A stretch of DNA of 63,240 nt, filler included, from Octopus bimaculoides (Eukaryota): the NCBI RefSeq assembly GCF_001194135.2. It is 5 parts of 5 records of this genome, joined end to end, with 100 filler letters (N's around TTAATTAATTAA, not from the genome) between each part and the next. Parts side by side here need not be neighbours in the genome. Positions count along the whole stretch, not along the records: positions 1 to 28,427 come from NC_068989.1; 4 more parts are not named here. One strand, written 5' to 3'. The position numbers were made by a program, and so were the translations under genes. Under the pieces are notes generated by a model. That model was given only the letters and a program-made list of their open reading frames with translations. It ran no database searches and had not been told where the DNA came from. Numbering within the stretch: the stretch's first letter is position 1; each line of letters starts with the position of its first letter. Shown here piece after piece: positions 1 to 12,420 of the stretch.

Positions 1-126
1 AGAACCATGGTTCATGAACTCATCGATGAAAATCCACTGTCACATATAGAAAAATTAATAATTAAAAGTACAATAAATGAGTATAATATAATACAAAGTA
101 AATATCATAAGATAAAGATAATAAAA

Positions 127-232
127 TGACTACACGTGTTTCATAACCAATTTTCAAATAGAAAGGAAATTTAAATCGATTAAAACTATCGAAAATCAAT
201 TCTATTCAAAAATATAGCTAATCTTCAGGTCA
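127..232 (-). ncRNA. Minimal type I hammerhead ribozyme-like motif, Penelope-associated type, slightly degenerate
   Basis: Minus strand reads TGAC-CTGAAGA-T-TAGC-(long AT-rich loop)-GTTA-T-GAAA-CACGTG-TA-GTCA. This gives the conserved CUGANGA and GAAA boxes, a 4-bp stem I (TGAC/GTCA), a short stem II, a palindromic stem III (ACACGTGT) and a UA cleavage site. Position 10.1/11.1 is a U-U mismatch. Confidence 0.55.
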
Positions 233-1084
233 AAATACAACAATAATAATAATAATAAATGAATGTGTATATCAACCAACAATAAATACTAAATGAATTT
301 ATATAAAATACTTATTGTATAAAGATAGAGAAATATTATTAAAAATATCAAAATAATAAACATTCCATAATCAACCCTACGTCCATTATAATATATGCTA
401 ACAGGTATATTATATACAAAAACCAGCTCAAATATTTTTTTTCGTTTTAAATACAATTTGAACGAAGTTTAAGGTTAAAATAATAATAAAGATAATATTA
501 GCACATATTTAAACGATGCAATAGTTAAAGCTAGACTATTTAAGACTAAAAACGTTTATTTAATTATCATTAAAAATCAATTGAATAATAAAAAATACAA
601 GAATACTTATTTTTTTCAAATGATGATATAAACAAAGTAAAGATTATACTAATCAAAATATTGCAGTTGAGAAAATGTATTTCTCAAAACAATAATTCTT
701 ACTAGTTTGCATTTTTATTTTTTATTTTATTATTTATTTGCTTAAAATAAATAGAATATTGTATTTAATTTGAATAATAAAGCAATGAGAAAGTGAAGAA
801 CAATTTTTATATATTGGGCTGGAAATTATAGAAATTCCAAAACTTATGAAAATCACAAGAACCTATGTATCTTTACGCCAGTCTTTAACTTCTTTCACAG
901 CTGATGTCAACACAACTTGATGTTTTTCCCGACCTTGATTTCTCTAGATTAGATATGATGTCATGTCAATCAAAATTAACAGTGTATTGTCCTAAATAAC
1001 ACAGTAAAAATGAATAAATAGTAGTTCAGTTCACATAAACAATACATTTTTTGAAGCAAAAATTCAAAAACGAAAATTATATAC

Positions 1085-1285
1085 ACTAGTGTTAGTGTTA
1101 CGGTTTAGGGTTGAGGTTTAGTGTTAGAATTAGGGTTTAGGGCTGGAGTTTAGGGTTAGAATTAGGGCTTGGGTTGGGGTTATGGGTTAGAATTAGAGTT
1201 TAGAATTAGAGTTAGGGTTTGGGGATTAGGGTTGGTGTTTAGGGATTAGGGTTGGTGTTTAGGGTTTAGGATTGGTATTTAGAGT
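1085..1285 (+). repeat. Degenerate TTAGGG-like interstitial tandem array
   Basis: Run of variants such as TTAGGG, TTTAGGG, TTGGGG and TTAGAG. Confidence 0.75.
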
Positions 1286-1579
1286 CAGACCGACCGGTGG
1301 TAGACCTGGGGTTAATCAATTAGTAACATATTTTTAGTGAGCATTAAAATAAAAATTTTTTCTGGAACAAATGAACTACAAAATCAGATCCAGTGTGAAG
1401 AATTACAACAATATACCAAATTTGAAAATTTTCACTTAATTTTAAAATTTCAAAAACGGTAACAACAGAAAAGACCCATAAGTTTTTCTGTCTGATAAAA
1501 TAGTGCAAAACAAAGTTCACACAAGCATGTAAACAATTTAAAAAGGAAAAATCCTCAATGAAATATTTTTGTGCTCTCT

Positions 1580-1799
1580 CTTTACTCTTTACTCTTTTAC
1601 TTGTTTAAGTCATTTGACTGCGGCCATGCTGGAGCACCGCCTTTAGTCGACTAAATCGACCCCATGACTTATACTTTGGAAGCCTAGTACTTATTCTATC
1701 GGTCTCTTTTGCCGAACCGCTAAGTTACGGGGACGTAAACACACCAGCATCGGTTGTCAAGCGATGTCAGGGGGGACAAACACAGACACACAAACATAT

Positions 1800-1858
<59 letters not shown>

Positions 1859-2022
1859 CGACGGGCTTCTTTCAGTTTCCGTCTACCAAATTCACTCACA
1901 AGGCTTTGGTCGGCCCAAAGCTATAGTAGAAGACACTTTCCCAAGGTGCCATGCAGTGGGACTGAACCCGGAACCATGTGGTTGGTAAGCAAGCTACTTA
2001 CCATACAGCCACTCATGCGCCT
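1580..2022 (-). mobile_element. tRNA-derived SINE family A, full length (internal CA/TA microsatellite, AAAAGAGT tail)
   Basis: Minus-strand head has A box (TGGCTGTATGGTAAG) and B box (GGGTTCAGTCCC). Many near-identical copies occur elsewhere in the window. May correspond to a described octopus tRNA-derived SINE, not verified. Confidence 0.9.
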
Positions 2023-2480
2023 ACAATTGCGTGAAGAATTGCAAAAACACAAACTACATTATACTGTAAGCAATTAATACATTTTTTCTAGAAAAACATT
2101 AAAACATACTAGTTCTGAATATAGATACTTGTCAAAGAAAATAGGTAAAGAAAATACACATAGTGGTTGTAGTTGTTTTAAGCAGACAATAACTTGGATT
2201 GTTATTATGGAAAGATGCACCAATGTGTCTGTGGCTTTGAATTGGCTAAAATTACTCAAAATTTGCAACCTTTAAAAGCTATTAACTTTTAATTTATTGA
2301 TTAATGACAAAAATGAATTTCATTTCCATAATTAGCATACAAAACTACGTCAGTTCACCAAATGTTAAATCAATTGGAGTAAAATTTTAAAAAATTAAAA
2401 ACTGTGGCAGCAACAGAAAAAAAAGACCCCAATAGTGTTGTCCAAAAAATAAAACTACAGATAATTGGGACAGAAATTTC

Positions 2481-2545
<65 letters not shown>

Positions 2546-2559
2546 ACTTCAATCATCTG

Positions 2560-2903
2560 TGACATTTGGTTGTAGTTCATGCAACTGAAGAGATTAATGT
2601 CATCAAATTGTATTTTTGAAGCATGTAAAGCTATTTGTAACTTTCTGCATAGACCAAAGTTGTTTATTGCATCAAACATACAGGTTTGAAGCTTTTATTG
2701 GAACATTGGCTACAGCATCTACCAACAGTTACCACTATACACTTACCAATCATGAACACATATTGCAAGTACATCAGGATGCAGAAAATGACACTTCTGA
2801 CTTAAACATCAGAATTGAGGCAACTGGTATTTTAAAAGAAATTACTTACCTTAAATTTATCTTTATTGCAATGCTTCTTCAAGATATTTTGAAGGTTCTA
2901 GAT
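2560..2903 (+). mobile_element. Degraded hAT-superfamily transposase fragment (ZMYM1-like)
   Basis: ORF 2616-2930 contains IRIEATGILKEITYLKFIFIAMLLQDILKVLD, which resembles the EAxGLLxxIxxFxFIxxLxxLxDIL segment of hAT transposases. It is cut by an RTE insertion at ~2905. Confidence 0.55.
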
Positions 2904-2904
2904 G

Positions 2905-4398
2905 TACCAGCCCCTTCTTGTTCATCATAGTCCTCCAGACAATAATAGAGGAATTCAAGACAGGCTGTCCCTGGGAGCTCCTCTATGCTGATGACCTTGT
3001 TTTTATAGCTGAATAACTACCAGAACTAGAGAAGAAGTTTCAGATGTGGAAGCAAGGTCTAGAATCAAAGAGCTTTAGGGTTAACCTAGCAAAAATGAAA
3101 GACTTAGTAAGTAGGAAAGCAGAAAAATCACAAATCCCCTCAGGTAGATGGCCCTGCTCAATCTATAGGAAAGGCATAGGTAGAAATTCCATGAGATGTA
3201 CCTAGTGTAAGATATGGACACATAAGAGGTGCAGTAATATTAGAGGAAGGTTAACAGGGAAAATAGTTTTGTGTTTGGTAGGTGCATAGGTACAATTAAC
3301 ACTATAAATGTTCAGAAAATAGACTCCATCAAATGTCAGGGGGTGAAAACTAGAAGTAGTCAATAGCTTCCATTACTTAAGTGACTGAGTCAGTAGCAGG
3401 GGTGGATTCTCCAAGAGCATAGCTGTGAGAATAAGAATAGGCTGGGCAAAGTTCAGAGAGGTCCTACCTCTGTTGGTAACAAAGGGTCTCTCCCTTAGAA
3501 TGAAAGGCAGATTGTATGATACCTGTGTGTGAACAGCCATGTTACATGGCAGTGAAACATGGGGTGTGACTGCCGAGGACATGTATAAGCTAAAACGAAA
3601 TGAAGCTAGTGTGCTATGCTGGATGTGTAATATCAGTGTGCATGTGCTACAGAGTGTAAGTGTCTTGAGAGAAAAGCTGGGCATAAGAGGCATCAAATGT
3701 GGTGTACAAGAGAGACGATTGTGTTAGTACAGTTATATGATGTGTATGGATTTGGATGTTGTGTGAAGACGTCCTAATCTCTACCAGTGAAAGGAAGCAG
3801 TGGAATAGGGAGACCCAGGAAGACATGAGATGAGGTGGTAAAGCATGATCTTCAAACGTTGAGTCTCATGGAGGCAATGACTAGTAACCAACACTTTTGA
3901 TGATATGCCATGCTTGAGAAGAGCCATCAAGCCAAGTGAAATCATAGCTGTGGTTGTTGTCAGTATCATGTAACTGGCACCAGTGCTGGTGGCATGTAAA
4001 AAGCACCTTTCAAGTGTTGGGCCTCACAGAGGCAATGTGGCCAATACTGGTGTCATGTAGCTAGCATCCACGCTGGTGGCATGTAAAAAAACACCTTCCA
4101 AACATTGGGCCTCACAGAGGCAATGACAAATGACATGCTTGAGAAGAAGACCCATCAAGCCAAGTGAAATTGTAATCATGGCAGATATTGGTATCATGCA
4201 AACTGACTCCCATACCAGTGGCACACAAAAGCATGTTACACTCTCAGAGTGGTTGGTGTTAGGAAGGACATCCATACATAGAAACTATGCCAAATCAGAC
4301 TAAAGTCTGGTGCACCTCCTCAGCTTACCAGCTCTGATCAAGTCGTCCAACCCACGCCAGCATGGACAATGTATGTTAAATGATGATGATGATGATGA
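2905..4398 (+). mobile_element. 5'-truncated RTE-clade LINE (RT C-terminal half, 3' UTR and (TGA)n tail)
   Basis: Reads SPFLFIIVLQ..EFKTGCPWELLYADDL (RT YADD motif) and MLHGSETW, with stops and frameshifts. The 3' UTR has internal duplications and ends in a (TGA)n tail at 4381-4398. Confidence 0.9.
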
Positions 4399-4591
4399 TT
4401 TGTTTGAAGGAGTCTGTTTTCAAAATATTGTGCTGAGTGAAAGCAAAAATAAATAAATGAAAAAAATTTCAGGGGAGGTAAAGAAATTTAATTTGAAAGA
4501 CAACTGTACCATTCCTCAGTGAATACAAAGTGTTCCAGAGCATATTACACAATAATCAGTCATACTTGTTATACTTGCATTCATAGAGAGC

Positions 4592-5060
4592 TGTCACTTT
4601 TAACATTTTTATAAGCATTATTGTTTTAACCAATGTATGAAGAAAATATTAGGTCTGGCCTATATTTAAACCAAATGCACCAAGACAACTAAAGTTTGTT
4701 CTGAAACTGAAAATTTACGAAGCTTATTATTGTAAACTAATTTAATTAGTAATAACTAACACAAATACTACAGTTACCAAAAATGTGTTTAAATAATTGT
4801 AATCTTGGCTTGGAAAAGTTTTTTTTAATATTTCTCTTCTAAGCCAAGATTACAATTATTTAAACACATTTTTGGTAACTGTAGTATTTGTGTTAGTTAT
4901 TACTAATTGAATTAGTTTACAATAATAAGCTTCGTAAATTTTCAGTTTCAGAACAAACTTTAGTTGTCTTGGTGCATTTGGTTTAAATATAGGCCAGACC
5001 TAATATTTTCTTCATACATTTGTTAAAACAATAATGCTTATAAAAATGTTAAAAGTGACA
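4592..5060. repeat. Near-perfect long inverted repeat (220-bp arms, 29-nt spacer)
   Basis: 4592-4811 is the reverse complement of 4841-5060, with only two mismatches (4631/5021 and 4743/4909) by manual alignment. Confidence 0.97.
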
Positions 5061-5249
5061 AAATAATAATGTAAATAAAAAATAATATACTGTATTTCAG
5101 AATTGGTGGGGTTTTGAAAGAAGCACAGCACATGAGTTACTGTAACTTTATATTTTAATTGTTGTCAACAATTTTTTCAGATTTCTGTTGAAAACAGATA
5201 AGATTACAATTCTTAAAAATAGTTTACCTCTTCTATGTTTTACTCTAAA

Positions 5250-5335
5250 CCTTAAAGCCTAACTATAAATCCTATACCTTATCTTTAAAGTCTTAAACCA
5301 CAAACCCTAACCCTAAGCCATAACAAGTTATGGCT
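5250..5335 (-). repeat. Short degenerate (CCCTAA)-like tract
   Basis: CTAAACCTTAAAGCCTAAC...AAACCCTAACCCTAAG. Confidence 0.5.
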
Positions 5336-7289
5336 CTTTGCATGCTCCAAAATAGAAAAGAATGTTTTGGGGTGGAGAGTAAAGAAAATGAAAACCTTTC
5401 TTTTGCATAATTATCATCACTGATGTTTAAAACATAATTCTAAAAGAACTTTCATAAAAAGTCAAAAATAAAAAAAAGGTGCAGCCTGTTGGATACTCTG
5501 AAACAGAAACAGGAGGAGGATTAAAAATAGAAATTTGAAAATATTTCTTTTACCAATTCATAATTGATGTTTAAATCATTAATCCGAAGAAATTATCGAA
5601 ACAAATTTACAGAGATGTGTCTATTCCGAAACTCTGTTTTAGAATTATTGCAAAAATGCCCACCCAGAAGGATTTAAAGCCCTCCCACATGCACCAAAGC
5701 CTGTTAATATGCACATGATTTTCTATATTTTATTCTTCCAAACTAAATAAAGTATACAAATGTCAATTAGTTTCAACTATATCTTCAAATTATTTATTGG
5801 TTCTTTCTGTTTTCTAGGTTTCTGTTCAGATTTCTCTACGCCAATTGTTTTATATGCTTTGCCTGTAAGTAAAAATACTGCTTCTTATTTTCTCTGATGT
5901 CAAGTACAATAGAATAAGTCAAGCACCCTAGGCTTCTGTTGTAGCTACTTTACTTAAGTCACTGGAACTCCCATAGAAAGTATGAATGTCATGATTTCTG
6001 TTTCTCTCTTCTTAAAGTTAACAAATTGATGGCTGTCTCATTGAAAAAGATCAATCACTTATCTTTCATTGTGCTGGAATAAAAAAAAAATGGAGGTAAT
6101 TTTTGAGTTTAGCATTCCCTTTCCCAACAGCAACTGCCATTAATTTTGGTAGCTGGCAAAGATTTTTTTTTTTTCTTCAGTTAATCATCATGTTTGTTAT
6201 TCACAAAGAATGTATCCTGTAATTACCTATTTCATTGATTTGTTGTTTCATAATATACAATTATTTTGAATCTACTGTAAGCTACTGTTGTGCTGCACTG
6301 CCAGAAATGGAATTCGTTCATTTAAAATTATTATTGCTAATTATTGCTACAATATTATTATATACATTTGTTTACAATTATTATTGCTACATTATTATTA
6401 CTGAGATTATTCATTATTTGAATAATTTAAATTATTTTACTTCACAAGGGAACCATTTGCCCTTCTAAAACAACACAACAATGACTAGCAAACAATTCTA
6501 AACAATTCGAGATCTTTTGCTTGTGAAAATATCACACAAATGAAAAATCTGGATTAATCATCAATGGAATGAAACTGAAAGTTACCTGATTTATCTGTAT
6601 AAAAATGAAGTCTAATTGATTTAGTATGAAAGGTGAAAATTTCTGTAATTCGCACATAATTGGCAATGGACAATCTTTCTTTATTTATGTAATGACCAAT
6701 GGTGAAATGACCAAATGAATTTATTTCTTATATTCATCACCTTATAACATTAGATGTAATAGAATTTAATTTCATGCTTCATTAGCATTAATTCACAATA
6801 TTGCAATGTGCTGTAATGAACTCCCAATTTTCCTAAATCACTAAACATTTTCTGAAAAAAAGACTTGGATACATTGTACATGCAAACATTATAGAATCAT
6901 TAGAAAAGATACTTTTTGAGGTGGGGTCTTATATCTTATTGCTTTAATTTGTGAAGTTTAATTATTGGTGAGTGGAAGTTGACAGCTAGCAACATGTTGT
7001 TATGGAGCAATTCAATCTGGTAGTAAAGCAGTGGTTAAGTGGTACAGCTGTTATAGAGATGTCTGTGTTATGTGGTGTACAAACAATCCTGTGCAGAGGA
7101 AATGGAGCACAAATCCCACCATGGTTGAGAGGACCACTAGATTCTTGTGATGGTGTAACAGCAGACTCTTAAATGCATTCTTGTACCTATGCCAAGTGGA
7201 AATGCTTCCATATTATTGCCCAAAATAATGCAGCACATATTACCACACACACTCATTATCACTTACTGTTGTTTGAGAACTTCCTACAT

Positions 7290-7333
<44 letters not shown>

Positions 7334-7974
7334 TTACACATCTATAAGAGATGCCCAACAACTGATTTGACCTGAGACTGTGTGTCAAAACTATGGCAAT
7401 TGCATTGTGGAGAACACATTCACTATTCAAAAACACAAAAACTGTTAACTTCATATAAACGTTTATTATTTGATGTCAAAACCAAGTGTGACCTGGTCAC
7501 TGACAGGCTTCCAATTCAACTGGTTTGAAGTGAGACAAGAANNNNNNNNNNNNNNNNNNNNNNNNNNNNNNNNNNNNNNNNNNNNNNNNNNNNNNNNNNN
7601 NNNNNNNNNNNNNNNNNNNNNNNNNNNNNNNNNNNNNNNNNNNNNNNNNNNNNNNNNNNNNNNNNNNNNNNNNNNNNNNNNNNNNNNNNNNNNNNNNNNN
7701 NNNNNNNNNNNNNNNNNNNNNNNNNNNNNNNNNNNNNNNNNNNNNNNNNNNNNNNNNNNNNNNNNNNNNNNNNNNNNNNNNNNNNNNNNNNNNNNNNNNN
7801 NNNNNNNNNNNNNNNNNNNNNNNNNNNNNNNNNNNNNNNNNNNNNNNNNNNNNNNNNNNNNNNNNNNNNNNNNNNNNNNNNNNNNNNNNNNNNNNNNNNN
7901 NNNNNNNNNNNNNNNNNNNNNNNNNNNNNNNNNNNNNNNNNNNNNNNNNNNNNNNNNNNNNNNNNNNNNNNNNN

Positions 7975-8018
<44 letters not shown>

Positions 8019-8203
8019 TCCTCCCACCATCGCTTGACATCCAATGTTGATGTGTTTACATCCCCGTAACTTAGCAAAAGAAATCAATAGAATAAGTACT
8101 AGGCTTACAAAAAGTAAGTCCTGGTGTCAATTTTTTCGACTAAAGGTGGTGCTCCAGCATAGTCACAGTCAAATGACTGAAATAAATAAAAGAATAAAAG
8201 AAT
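7975..8203 (+). mobile_element. SINE family A, 3' half
   Basis: (GT)n followed by CCCACCATCGCTTGACA...GGTGCTCCAGCAT...AAATGACTGAAA and an AATAAAAG tail. Confidence 0.85.
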
Positions 8204-8256
8204 ATATATGTAGATAGATATAGATATATATATATAGCCATGCTGTTGATTATTAA

Positions 8257-10336
8257 CCCTTTCCTCGTTAACTTTTTTGGGATAAAATGTTTTGTTTTCA
8301 GATGAATTTTTTTATTGCTTTTTTTATAGTACTTTTAATACTGATTTTGGAAATAACTTTTGTTTTTATCTATTTCCAATATTTTACTTGGAGTTTTAAT
8401 TTGAAGATACCATTTTTGACAAAAATGAGATAACTTACCTTCCCATATTTTTAAATATTTTTTTTGTTTATTGCTTTTTCTTTTCAACTTTATCATCAAA
8501 AGTAAAGGGGAATTACACATTTATTTTACTCTTTTTTTAGCATGTCTTCACAAAAATCACTTTTTATATATATTTCTTTTTTTCAATGTTTATAACCAAA
8601 GGTAAAAGTAAATAAAATATTGTACTTATTTCATATTTTATTTTACCTCATCTTCCCATACATCTTACTTTCTCAGACATTTTATGAATAATTATTTGGC
8701 ATGGTATTTTTCAAAGCATGGTACATGGTACATGGTACATAAAGATACATTACAGAGTTTACATGTATATCATGACTCCTTCCTGACTGGTTTCCCTCTA
8801 TGGTCACGTTTCAGACAACATATGGCACATTTTCTTGTTGGATTTGTCTTCTTTTCTGTTGCTGGGACTTCTATTGGAAAATGTCCTGGTATAAAACATG
8901 AACATCCTGATGAAGTCGAAGGTCTCCCTACTACTTTAGTAGATTGTAAATATGCCCCATATTTTGCAATGATATCTCATGTAATCTGCATACAAAATTT
9001 CAGGTGTGTGAGGGCTTTTTTTTCCTGCCTTAGCTACATTGTACAATATGTAAGAATTCCATACCGCAAGATCCATCAAATGAAAGAAGACTTTCTTGTA
9101 CTATTTCTTACCCTGTTTCCTTGTGATGAGATAATCTACTAGTTGTTGGTCCACCTTGTCAACTCCACCCATTGTAAAATTGTAATCATATACAATTGTT
9201 AGTTTCTTCACCTGCCCTTATCTTGTCTCAACATCCTTCATAGTGGGGTTGTGAATGGTTGAAAGCATTGCAACGTCCTTCTTGTCCTTCTATCGAAGAG
9301 TCATTACCTTACCTCTCTGAAATACTGCAACTTACCCTTTTTTCAATTTTGCCCTTTTCAGCTGTTCAGGCATTTCCTTTCTATTCAAACGGAGAGTTTC
9401 ATAGCTAATTGCAGACTGGTGTAAAAGTTATCCGCAGTAACACAATAACCTTTGCTAAGTAAAGGCTTCATCAGAGACAACACATGAGAACTCATGGGAT
9501 ATTCACTATATTCTGAATCAAACTGTGTTCCTTTGCCAACATAAAATGATTACTCTATACACATATCCAGTCTTTACTTCACACAAAAAAAATACTTCAC
9601 TCCAAACCACCTCCTTTTTAGAGATGTGTACTGCACCCATCCTAACCTTCCCTTGAACAGCACAAAGCTTTCATCTATAGATAAATCTTGGTTAGAGGTA
9701 TAACACTTCATAGATTTCTCACTGAACGTCATAAACATATCATAAACTTTATACAATATAGTGAATATCCCATGAGTTCTCATGTGTTGCATCAAAAGTT
9801 TCATTGTTCACAAAATGAAGATAGTAATTTATCTTATTATGGCATTTCAAGCTGATCAGCTTCCAAAAAATTGTTTTCAAGTAGTTCATCTTTCTACCAG
9901 TTCATTTCTTGATCTGGCATTTTCACAATACTCCCAAGCATTTTCAAGGTGAAAAACACAAATTTCTGCCTTTTTTACAGGGCATTACATACAATCTCTT
10001 TCTCCAGTTTATTCAGTAAAGCAATTAGTTTCGTCCACAACTTGATCAATAATTCTGTTGTCACAAAAAGACTAAAAAAGACTAAAGGAGTCATATCAGC
10101 TGTGTCTTGTTCAATTGATATTCCAGGATTTCCAGTGAATGGGAAGCATGGTGATGAAGGAAGCATGCGTTCTTCCAACACCCTATATCAACACCAAATT
10201 CGTTCCTCCTCCTCCTCCTCACTTGAGAGAGAATAGCTATTATCAGATGAGCTTGCACTCTCATCTGATGTATCCAAGCTTCTAATAGAAGATTCATACT
10301 CATTGTCATTTTCTGAGCTTGACATCTGGGTGTGAT

Positions 10337-10392
<56 letters not shown>

Positions 10393-10526
10393 AATGCTGG
10401 GAATTGATGTATAAACTCTGCTGTAGCTGTTTTTGAAATTATATGTTTTGGACAAGTTTACTCATCGCACTCTGAAAGAGACAAATTGAGTGAAGACAAG
10501 TTAACTTGTCTTAGCTGGGTAACGGA
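8257..10526 (-). mobile_element. Degraded piggyBac transposon (~2.3 kb), PGBD4-like transposase pseudogene
   Basis: Minus-strand motifs are DLSIDESFVLFKGRLGWVQY, KGYCVTADNFYTSLQLA, FHLMDLAVWNSYILYN and an acidic/Ser-rich N-terminus starting at ATG 10325. Left end is TTAA|CCCTTT (8253-8262). The right end with TTAA at 10527-10530 is only loosely TIR-like. Stops and frameshifts are present. Confidence 0.85.
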
Positions 10527-11317
10527 TTAATTAACTATTCCTTTGAAGAAAAGTAAACATAATATTTCCTCCATGCACACATTGCATTTCTTGCCCCACC
10601 ATTACACAGAAAAGTAGTCTGTATGATAGATCAGGAGATAACATATCAATTTTTTTTTGTTTAGTTGCCAGATTAGGGTTGCTAGGGAGGTAACAGGTTT
10701 CATGTTTAGATTTTTAGAATGAGGCAATATGGTTTCACCATCTACTTTTGAAGCAATTGGCAGTCACTCCTATATATTTGTTAAAGGACATGTCATACAG
10801 ATGGAAGCTTTTGAGCCACAATGACTATTTTCCTATCTCCAGACAATAATCCTGTCCCTTCTCTTGATGACATGTCAATTTTGGAGGATTCTTGAATCTT
10901 GAGAGTATCTCCCTTTCTGAAGTGGAGCTGGTCATAATTAGGTAGGAATAATTTTAATAAATCAAAAAATTTTGTTGTATAGTATTTGACACACATGCCA
11001 CTGGCCACTTTGAGTTATTCCTCTTAGCTTTTTTTGTTTGAACTATGCACATTACCAAGGTCATAACTGTTTTCTGGTGTGTTTTGCATAAGTCTTTTGG
11101 CTCCTGAAGATAAGGTTGGACAATTGTTGTGCAGATGAACCAGAAACCTGTGTCCACTACTATCCTCTTATCTCCAGACAATAGGCCTATCCTTGGCATA
11201 TCAGTTTTGAAGGATCTTTGAAACTTGTGATTATCTCCCCTTCCTAAGTGAAGCTTATCATAATTTGGTAATTATAATACATCCTCTAGAGGCAGAGATG
11301 ATGTTAATAAATTCATC

Positions 11318-11380
11318 TATTCTTTTATTCTTTTACTTGTTTCAGTCGTTTGACTGTGGCCATGCTGGAGCACCGCCTTA
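11318..11380 (-). mobile_element. SINE family A 3'-tail fragment
   Basis: TTCTTTTACTTGTTTCAGTCGTTTGACTGTGGCCATGCTGGAGCACCGCCTT. Confidence 0.8.
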
Positions 11381-11487
11381 AATTGAGAATTTTTCTATTT
11401 GGTATTTGACATACCAATATTTATGTTATTCAAATACGTGTCACTGGCCACTATGAGTCATTTCTTTCAACTTAAATTTTTGCTTGA

Positions 11488-11526
<39 letters not shown>

Positions 11527-11529
11527 GCA

Positions 11530-11594
<65 letters not shown>

Positions 11595-11676
11595 ATGTAT
11601 GTGTGTGTATGTGTACATACATACGTACATAGGTTTATGCATGTGTATGTGTACATACATACATAGATATACATAT

Positions 11677-11781
11677 AAAAAGATGTCTACCTCCACATCA
11701 GGTCACCAGATGACAAAATCAATCATATATATTGATTTTGACACCTGGCAGCCTTAATCTGATGTGGAGGTAAACATTTTT
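11677..11781. repeat. ~105-bp imperfect hairpin, MITE-like
   Basis: Outer arms AAAAGATGTCTACCTCCACATCAG / CTGATGTGGAGGTAAACATTTTT and inner arms CCAGATGACAAAATCAAT / ATTGATTTTGACACCTGG. Confidence 0.7.
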
Positions 11782-12358
11782 ATACCATGATGCAATACAC
11801 CTATAATTAGATAAATATTTACTTCTGAAACATATGCCATACTGAGCAGTAATTGTCTATTCTTACAATTTTATAAGTATATTTAGCACATGCTATGCAA
11901 TGTAAGTTCCTATTGAACTTGGAATTGTATAGCACATAGTCTCGTCAAAATTATACCAACATTTTGTAAAGGAACAATCTGAATCCTATATTTTTTTATT
12001 CTTTCACCTGTTTCAGCTGGAACACCGCATTGATTAATATATTTTATTGAACAATTATTTTTTCTTCGAGTGTTCAACAATAGTCAATTATATGGTGGAT
12101 GCTAATGACCACAATTTCCATGACTCTATAAATTGAAAGACACACACACACATTTATATAACGATCATACATATTTTTTTTTTACTGTAGTAAATTTCAC
12201 TTACAGCTGTTTACAGTATTCATAATAGGTTTGTTATTGATAGTCCATTGACCAGCTGAGAAAAATTGAATGACCTAAAGAATTAGTGCTACTTTCGTCA
12301 GAGAGCTTATTAAGTATTTTATCTGGATTAATAATCTTTCACTAATAACGCTATTATG

Positions 12359-12420
<62 letters not shown>

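Noticed and set aside
5818-5864. Possible 47-nt plus-strand exon (TTTCTAG|...|GTAAGT)
   Set aside because: The splice signals are plausible, but the peptide is unrecognisable and there are no partner exons. It is within chance expectation.
10860-10945. SH3-like phrase YDQLHFRKGDTLKI
   Set aside because: It lacks the remaining SH3 motifs (WW, GxxPxNY) and has no splice donor. The paralogous copy does not keep the pattern.
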